Both the position numbers and the translations under genes were made by a program. From assembly GCA_965207885.1 (NCBI GenBank), contig OZ242311.1, positions 5,600,001 to 5,664,000 of the forward strand: a stretch of DNA of 64,000 nt, given 5' to 3'. Each line of letters begins with the position of its first letter. The first letter of the stretch is position 1. This DNA is from Candidatus Latescibacterota bacterium (GTDB lineage: Bacteria > Latescibacterota > UBA2968). The notes beneath the pieces are model-generated. The model did no database searches. It saw nothing but the letters and a program-made list of their open reading frames with translations, and was not told the DNA's origin. This document shows positions 56,744-64,000 of this stretch, piece by piece.

Positions 56744-59700
56744 TTATAACACAATCTCCGCATCCGGATCACCAGCGGCGAGGGCGTTCATCCATGCGAG
56801 GCAAAGATCGCGGGAAAGGTAGCGGTCATAATCAGCAGTTTCCTGACGCTCGACAATGGGAAAAGTGGAATAGATGTAGCGAATATCGTCTCGGTCAGTG
56901 ATGCCGTAGAGGTGAAAGAACAAGGCATCGAGTTTGGCGCGGAGGTGGAGGCGACGATTTTCGTCCCATTGGAAGGGTGGGCCTTCGTAGCCGAGATCGC
57001 GGGCAAAGGGAGCCATATCGTGGGCAGTGTAGGTAAGTTCAAGGACAGCGTCGCGGACAATTTCGGCGACGGTCTTGGGGCCGAAGTAGGTGGACTCGTA
57101 GTGGCCGGGCAGAACGACGGGGAGTTGTTCCACAATGTACCAATTGAGCGTCGTTCCCTGCATTTTTTGTCGCGTTACATAGTCAAAAACTATTGAGTTG
57201 AAATTCGCTGTGATGAAACACTGTAATGAGGGGTCGCAATCGGCCGGTAAGAGAACATTGTTTGCATTGACCTCGTATGCAGCATAAGGCCCGATAGCCG
57301 CAATCATCGTTCTTATATTTGTCGGCGCGCCTATTCTCTTATAAGAAAGAACATAATCTCGCTTTAATTCAGTAGCGATATTTTCCACATGGAGCCAATA
57401 TTGCGGATCGGGCAACCAATTCGGATCTTGGTGTTGCTCCAACGTCGCCGATACGGGTTGCGCTGGGCGGTGAAGGTTATCTGGATTGATGACGATATCG
57501 GCGGCTCGGTGGTCATAAGCCTGCACCATCTTGCCCTCGTAAAGTGGGATCCACTCTCCGCTCGGACTGTTGAAGCGATTGCCTCCGATAGGATACGCGC
57601 CTTCCTCATCTTCCAACTCCTCCCGCGTGCGAAACAGGTGCGAGTCGTTGGTCATGTGAAACATCGTTGCGTATCTCACTGGCCAGGCCTTGACTTCATC
57701 TCCAGAAGAACGATCCATCAGCACGGGCAGGCGGCGGTAGATCGCGGTCGTCAATTCCGCGTCTCTGCGAGAGCGAAAAATGGGTGCAGTGCCGGTGTTG
57801 GGATTAACGCTGGCAAAATCCTCTGCCGTCAGAGAGAAGCAGCTATTCTCATCTTCCAATTCCGAAACATCCTGAAGGAAGAAGGCGCAGCGGGCGGAAT
57901 CATCCGTTGGCGATGGACTCGCCACAAACGCGCAGAACTTGAAACGGCTATCCACATCTGGGAAAAATGGCGGCACAGTGTAGCGCGTGCGGCGGTTCTC
58001 AAAATCGTACAACGCCCGCAACCGCCCCTCTGTCGCTACTGAGCGGAAAAACGGCGCAGCTGTCTTGTCAGAGGCAATGCCCGAAGGTGTTAGTAAGCCT
58101 ATTACGCCATCCCCCTTCACCAGTGCCATTGCCCGCTCCACAAACAGCGAATACAGGTTAATGTCTCCACGCGCTAAGAAGGGATAATCGCCCCATTTGC
58201 GCGCTACGCGACCCGCGGACTTAGCGCGTTCATCTGCTCGTTCAAACTCGACAAATAACGGATCGCCAGATTTCTGCAACGCCCCAATCATCCGCTTGCG
58301 GTCTGCCGCACGTTGGGCACTGGCAATTTCGGGCTGTCGCGCAGCAAACCACTCCACCTGTTGCAACTTCATCCTATCCCACGGCGGATTGCCGATCACC
58401 GCGTCAAAGCCGCCACGCGGTGTAGCAGATCGCCAATCTTGCCAAATGCCGGGAAACGCCACCTACCAGTTCAGAAAGCCCTCCTGGGCAATCTGCTCAC
58501 GCGCTTCGGTCAGCAATTCCACAAACCGCTTTGCCCCCGGCACATCCATCCTCACCTCGACTGTACCTGCCGCAATCTCCACAGGATTGCCAAACAGGCT
58601 ATCAAAAAAAGCGCGCAGGGCTATCTTATCCTTCTTCCCCCGCACATCCAACCACTCGAATGCGTGAATCAGCGACAAAAACGCATCCAATGGCTGCGTA
58701 CCCTCCTGCATATCCGCAAACAATTCCGCAGATCGCCCAGCCTCCTCAATCTCTGCATCAGTCAATTCTTCGATCAACTGCATCGCCTGTGCGGCCCCTG
58801 TTGCCCGTTGTATTGGCTCATTCAAAAACAGGGGGCTACCCTCTTCCATGGCCTTATCTATACCCTGACTGACCCAGCATCCAAACAAACTATCGCCACA
58901 CCGCAGATGATGATCCAAAAAACTCAGTGGCGCGCCCGCAGTGAATGAGTGTAGCCACAGCGACACCTTAGCCAGTTCCACTGCCATCGGATTCTTGTCC
59001 ACCCCATAAACACACCGCTTGAGCACCATACGTCGCACAATATGCCGGTCATCGAGTTGTGCCTCATCTATAGCCCACTCGCGCTGTTTGGCATTGGTCA
59101 AGATCGTCTGGCGAATGGCATCAATGCGCTCAGTCAGTGGCGAAACATAGCCCGTGCTATCTACTTCGGCCATTGCTGCAATGACGTGGTCGGAAAGGTA
59201 ATCCACCAAACTGACCAAAAAGTGCCCCGATCCCATTGACGGATCGCAAATTTTCAGATCGAGTAACTTCTCTGCTGGATCGACTTGCGCGAGTGCCTTT
59301 CGCTTAAATCCCTCGCCCACCTTACTGCGTGTAATTTCGTCAACCTGTTTGGCAAAAACATCCATACGTGTCTGCACCAATGGCTCAATCGTCTCCTTGA
59401 GAATCAGGCGCACAAGGGCATCTGGCGTGTAATAACTCCCCGACCCCTTCCGCGCAAACACATTCGGACGCACCACAATCTCGTCCTCTTCGCGCACGAC
59501 CTCGTGTTCGAGCAACCGCTCGTAAATCGACCCCAGTTGCTCAACGCTCAAGTCGCGGTAATTGATATACCGTCCATTCTCAAATGAAAGCGCGTCAATA
59601 ACATCGGCCACCACCTGATCGCCCAGCTTAATCTGAGCCAATAGGGGTGTAATTTCCTGGTTAAATAAACCGCCGTTATACGGTGGCAGACCAATGGAAG

Positions 59701-60754
59701 AATCTCCCTCATCAATGGCGCGACAAAGGTCATCAATAGCCGAATAATAGCGTGCAGCAGTCTCGGAGAACACATCATCTCGTGCTTTCCGTCCCCCAAT
59801 GTCATCGCGTACCCGGCGCAAACAGTAATCATCATAACGCTCATCGCGCACCGGCAGCAGGTTGCGATCCTCTGCATACAAAATAAAAAGCAGGCGATAG
59901 AGCAATATCAGGGCTGCATCGCGCACCTCTGACAAGGGTGCATCCGGCGCAACAGCAGCAATAGCACGGGCCAAATCGGGAAAAACCCGAGAAAAGACCA
60001 CCCCGGACAGACTATTCGCCACGCGCTCCTGATAGAACCGTCCCTCGTCAAGCACACGATCGTGAAAGGTACGCGTATCCTCCGCACTCGGCAGAAACGC
60101 ATCTCGCCCGAAAAACAGCGCGAACAACTTCAAACAATAGCGTCGCTCATCCTCGGAGAACGCATCAAGACCGAATACCGCCGCGAGATCTATCTCAAAA
60201 AACTGCTCGGAAACAGACCGCGCCCCCTGATAATAAAGCCGCCACTGCGCGCCATTTGTGAGAATGCCCCAGCGCAACTTGCCTTCCGTCAAATCATCCA
60301 CCCGACGCAAATAGCGAAGCATCTGTGTCGAGGGCGCCGTTACCTGCTGGTCAGACCGGCGGTCAAGTGGCAACCTCCACCGCTTGGACTCCACAATTGC
60401 CAGCCCCCACTCGTAGCGTTTCCACTCCTCAGCGAAATCATTGGCACGCGCCTTGTGTGTATCGTCCTCAAACAAAAGACCATCAGGTACATCAGCACGA
60501 CCCCGAGGCGTCAGATTTTGTTGCGTCAGGTAATCTGTCCATCCGAGGCAGTTGAGGATAGGCCAGATCAAATCGTCTTCGGTCTGGCTTTCATTGGGGT
60601 TCTGATCAATTGGGAAGGCATTGAAGATATTTTGAAGTTCGGTCTCAAATACCTCCCCATCATCCCACCTCTGCCATTCGTCCATCTCCTGGACAGCATC
60701 TATGAGAAAATCGCTCGTGAACAGACCGCCCTGTAACACGCGCACAATATTCAT
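56744..60754 (-). pseudogene. Type IIG (Eco57I-like) restriction-modification enzyme interrupted by one in-frame TAG at 58463-58465
   Basis: N-terminal part: 'PD...ESK' nuclease, 'LTNG..WRLY', 'YNGGLF', 'LGSIYE.LL', 'GSYYTP', motif I 'DPSMGSGHFL'; C-terminal part in the same frame: motif IV 'NPPW' and TRD; junction 'FLNW*VAFPGIW'. Confidence 0.8.
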
Positions 60755-60773
60755 AGAATGATTTACATTCACA

Positions 60774-62072
60774 TCAATCACTCCCACCCGTAAAATAACT
60801 CTTGGTGCCCTTGGCTTGCACCGCATCGCCGATCCGGTTCAAAGCATGCACATAAGCTGCGGTACGCTGAGAAATACCCTGTGTCTGGGCAATATCCCAA
60901 ACGCGCTCCGTCTCCTCGATCATCTTCTGTTTCAGCCGCTGATTGACCTCATCCAGCGTCCAATACAGACCCTGGCGGTTCTGCACCCACTCAAAATAAC
61001 TCACAGTCACGCCGCCGGCATTGACCAGAATATCGGGAAACACCACCACATCCCGCCCGCGCAAAATCTCGTCTGCCTCTGGAGTCGTCGGACCATTTGC
61101 CAGTTCATACACCGCCCTCGCCTTAATATCGCGGGCATTGGACGCTGTAATCTGATTCTCCAGCGCCGCTGGCGCCAGGATATCGACATCGAGCGCGAGC
61201 AATTCCTCATTGGTAATCGTATCGTGATCGACTGCATTGCACACACTACCCTCGCAATAAACAGCCTTAAGCGCGCGAGTCGAATCCTTGAACTGGCGCA
61301 CACTGGGAATATCGAGACCCTCTCGCCGATATATCCCACCCCTCGAGTCGCTCACCGCCACCACCTTGTAACCGGCATTAAAAAGCAACTCGGCAATAAT
61401 AGCCCCGGCATTGCCAAAACCCTGCACTGCCACAGTCGTCGTAGCGGGCGAGCCACTCAACCCGAGCCTGGGCAAAGTTGCCTCCATCGTAAAAAAGGCC
61501 CCCATCGCAGTCGCCTTATCCCTCCCCAGGCTCCCTCCCATGGTCAAAGGCTTACCAGTAATCACCGCAGGCGCAATCTGCCGCTTAATAATGCTATACT
61601 GATCCACCATCCAGCCCATAATCATCTCATTGGTATAAACATCTGGCGCCGGAATATCGATATCCGGACCAATAAAATCGGCCACCGCGTCGATATAACC
61701 CCGACTGAGTCGTTCCAGTTCAAAAGGAGAAAGCGACTTGGGATCAACCGTTATGCCACCTTTACCTCCGCCAAAGGGCAAATTGACCACCGCACACTTG
61801 AAAGTCATCCAAAAAGCCAGAGACTGCACCTCGTCAATAGACACATCTGGATGAAAGCGAATACCCCCTTTGGTGGGACCCCGCGTATCGTCGTAGCGCA
61901 CCCGGTACCCCGGGAAAATACCCAACTCGCCGTTATCCATCCGCACCGGGATAGAAACTTTCAAACTCGACCTGGGCAATTTGAGCCGCTCAATCGCCTC
62001 CTCGGAAATAGAAGCATAAGCCAGAGCTTCGTCGAGCCGTTGGCTGGCATCGCTGAACAATGATTCGGACAT
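60774..62072 (-). CDS. gdhA: Glu/Leu/Phe/Val dehydrogenase (glutamate dehydrogenase)
   Basis: 'GPTKGGIRF', 'MTFKC', 'PFGGGKGG', 'DIPAPDV', 'QGFGNAG', 'NAGGVTVSYFEW'; ATG 62072 follows AGGAGG. Confidence 0.93.
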   Translation of the reverse strand: MSESLFSDASQRLDEALAYASISEEAIERLKLPRSSLKVSIPVRMDNGELGIFPGYRVRYDDTRGPTKGGIRFHPDVSIDEVQSLAFWMTFKCAVVNLPFGGGKGGITVDPKSLSPFELERLSRGYIDAVADFIGPDIDIPAPDVYTNEMIMGWMVDQYSIIKRQIAPAVITGKPLTMGGSLGRDKATAMGAFFTMEATLPRLGLSGSPATTTVAVQGFGNAGAIIAELLFNAGYKVVAVSDSRGGIYRREGLDIPSVRQFKDSTRALKAVYCEGSVCNAVDHDTITNEELLALDVDILAPAALENQITASNARDIKARAVYELANGPTTPEADEILRGRDVVVFPDILVNAGGVTVSYFEWVQNRQGLYWTLDEVNQRLKQKMIEETERVWDIAQTQGISQRTAAYVHALNRIGDAVQAKGTKSYFTGGSD

Positions 62073-62093
62073 CGTACATCCTCCTGAACACAT

Positions 62094-62119
62094 AAAGCCG
62101 TCAGGATATACCTGACGGC
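62094..62119 (-). terminator. Hairpin terminator after the dksA-like gene
   Basis: GCCGTCAGG-atata-CCTGACGGC followed by TTT on the minus strand. Confidence 0.55.
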
Positions 62120-62148
62120 CATAGGGTAATCATCTGCAAATTCCAAAA

Positions 62149-62589
62149 TTACTCATCGTCATCTGTAGAAATGGGCAAATCCTCGCGCTTCAAAACGCGG
62201 CGGCGGGGCCGACTACGCTGTTGGGGTGTGCGCTCGAGCCGTTCCTGAACCTGCACCGTATAACGCGCCGTGGGCATCGCCTCGAGCCGCATCGGATGAA
62301 TCGGTTCGCCGGATTCCTCGCAGAATCCATAAGTCCGATTTTCAATTTTTTGCAAGGCATTGTCAATCTCCGCCAATTCGTTCCGTTCGTGATTGCCCAG
62401 CGTCGTCATCAACTCCAGCGACGACGCATTGCCCGCCGCATCGAGAGGATCGGCTGCGACATCGCCTCTAATTTCATCGAGATCTTCATCTTGACTGAGC
62501 ACCTGCTTGAGCAACTCGCGCTTGCGCTCAGTCAAAATCTTTTTATAAAACACGAGCTGTTCATCACTCAAAGATTCATGCTTTGTCAT
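62149..62589 (-). CDS. dksA: DksA/TraR family transcription factor, single-Cys type
   Basis: Coiled-coil tip 'DPLDAA'; 'EID.AL.KI...TYG.CEESGE.I...RLEA.P.ARY'. Confidence 0.8.
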   Translation of the reverse strand: MTKHESLSDEQLVFYKKILTERKRELLKQVLSQDEDLDEIRGDVAADPLDAAGNASSLELMTTLGNHERNELAEIDNALQKIENRTYGFCEESGEPIHPMRLEAMPTARYTVQVQERLERTPQQRSRPRRRVLKREDLPISTDDDE

Positions 62590-62713
62590 TACCTATTGGT
62601 CCTTTTTTTGTTTCCCAGAAATCTGCTCCCCATAAATTTGTCCGCAATTATATGTCAGAGGCAAAATAATGTCAAGTCTTCCAAAACAAAAGTAAATCGC
62701 AATCCCAGGTATT

Positions 62714-64000
62714 CTATCCCCCAAGCGCAGCCAAAAAATCTTCTACAGAAAGCGCATTGAGCACACCATCAGCCATCAGACCACCCTTTCTGGCAATCCC
62801 CAGCCCAAAGCACATATCTTTCAGTCCCTCGGCACTGTGGGCATCTGTATTAATCGGAATTTGCACACCCTTCTCCCGCGCATAAGATAAAAATCGCCAA
62901 TCCAACTCCAAACGCGCGGGATTGGCATTGATCTCAATTGCCGTACGCGCATCGGCCGCAGCGTCAATCACAGCCTTCATATCGAGCGGATAGCCCTCAC
63001 GAGACAATAACAAACGGCCTGACGGATGCCCCAAAATATCGACATGGGGATTCTGAACCGCGCGAATCAACCGATCCGTAGCCTCTGTTTCAGTCATTGA
63101 AAACTTCGAATGCACAGACGCAACCACCAGATCAAACTCGAATAAAAATTCATCGTCGAAATCCAACCGCCCATCGCTCAAAATATCCACCTCAATACCC
63201 TTCAACACCCGAATATCCTCCACCGCATCGTTGACCCGATCGATCTCATCCCACTGCAACCGAACGCGATCTTCATTCAGCCCATTGGCATAAGCCGCGG
63301 CCTTGCTGTGATCGCAAATACCGATATACGCATAACCCAGCGCCTTTGCCGCCCGTGCCATATCCTCCACACTATGCCGCCCATCGCTATACGTCGTATG
63401 CACATGAAGCGTACCCTTCAGATCGGATTGCGCGACCAACTCCGGCAACGATCCTTGTGCAGCGCGTTCAATCTCATCCCGTCCCTCGCGCAACTCAGGC
63501 GGAATATAATGCAAACCCAATGCACCAAATAACGCGCGCTCATCGGCACAAACCGCGTTTTCATCTCCCTTGAACAAACCGTATTCATTAAGCTTCATAC
63601 CCCGGTCTTTTGCCCGCTGCCGCATCGCGGTATTGTGTTCTTTGCTCCCCGTAAAATGGTGCAATGCATAGGGAAACGCCGCATCCGGCACAATCCTCAA
63701 ATCTGCACGCATACCCGAATCCAGCACAACACTCACCTTTGTCTCGCCCCGCCCCGTAACCTCTGCCACACCGGGATACGCGACAAAAACCTCGGCAAGC
63801 GCGCGCCCGTCTTTCGCGCTCGCAACAATATCCACATCCTTGCTCGTCTCCATACATCGCCGCACACTGCCCGCCACCGATAGACGCATCACCCCCGGTT
63901 GATCCGACAGATAAGCGCGCAACGCCTCTGCTTCATCTCGCGCCGTGCGGCTCAAAAAACGCCCGCGATGTTGCTGCAAATAAGACACCCCATGCAAAAT
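62714..64000 (-). CDS. polX: DNA polymerase X / PHP 3'-5' exonuclease (5'-partial, continues beyond the window)
   Basis: 'AGS.RR....KDVD', 'RADLR', 'HFTGSKEHN', 'LNEYG'; PHP motifs 'HVHTTYSDG', 'DHS', 'GHP.GR', 'NTDAH'. Confidence 0.92.
   Translation of the reverse strand: MLHGVSYLQQHRGRFLSRTARDEAEALRAYLSDQPGVMRLSVAGSVRRCMETSKDVDIVASAKDGRALAEVFVAYPGVAEVTGRGETKVSVVLDSGMRADLRIVPDAAFPYALHHFTGSKEHNTAMRQRAKDRGMKLNEYGLFKGDENAVCADERALFGALGLHYIPPELREGRDEIERAAQGSLPELVAQSDLKGTLHVHTTYSDGRHSVEDMARAAKALGYAYIGICDHSKAAAYANGLNEDRVRLQWDEIDRVNDAVEDIRVLKGIEVDILSDGRLDFDDEFLFEFDLVVASVHSKFSMTETEATDRLIRAVQNPHVDILGHPSGRLLLSREGYPLDMKAVIDAAADARTAIEINANPARLELDWRFLSYAREKGVQIPINTDAHSAEGLKDMCFGLGIARKGGLMADGVLNALSVEDFLAALGG

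Noticed and set aside
58463-58465. Pyrrolysine or genome-wide TAG recoding
   Set aside because: TAG terminates other genes normally here (e.g. nuoH, pnkp), no pyl genes are visible, and the position is not catalytic.
60816-62063. 415-aa plus-strand ORF
   Set aside because: Antisense shadow of gdhA with no motifs; long antisense ORFs are common opposite codon-biased genes.

Overview
Bacterial chromosomal window of moderate GC. Its gene content (sulfatases, PhyH dioxygenase, Rpn-like nuclease, Sel1 repeats, cohesin/dockerin-type secreted protein) resembles Latescibacterota/Gemmatimonadota-like marine or sponge-associated bacteria; this taxonomy is inference only. Core genes: bioF, trmJ, pdxA, ftsY, iscS, mrp, gdhA, dksA-like, polX/PHP, and an 11-subunit complex I operon (nuoABCDHIJKLMN, no nuoEFG) directly behind a lone xanthine-dehydrogenase-family Mo subunit. 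Highlights: (1) an in-frame Lnt-TatC fusion. (2) A rhodanese-MoeB gene with an in-frame TGA at the conserved catalytic Cys, followed by a bacterial SECIS-like hairpin (probable selenoprotein). (3) A 428-bp ORF-less IS200/IS605 derivative with both ends intact and an omegaRNA-like 3' part; its putative guide matches a paralogous site 490 bp away. (4) A YtrA-type operon with three paralogous permeases bracketed by two S41 peptidases, with an operator over the -10 box. (5) An accessory/defence region: IS4 with TIRs and 9-bp TSD, Hen1-Pnkp RNA repair, a stand-alone TIR protein, and a type IIG R-M gene split by one amber codon. No rRNA, tRNA or CRISPR array was recognised. All product calls come from motif recognition by eye, not database searches.
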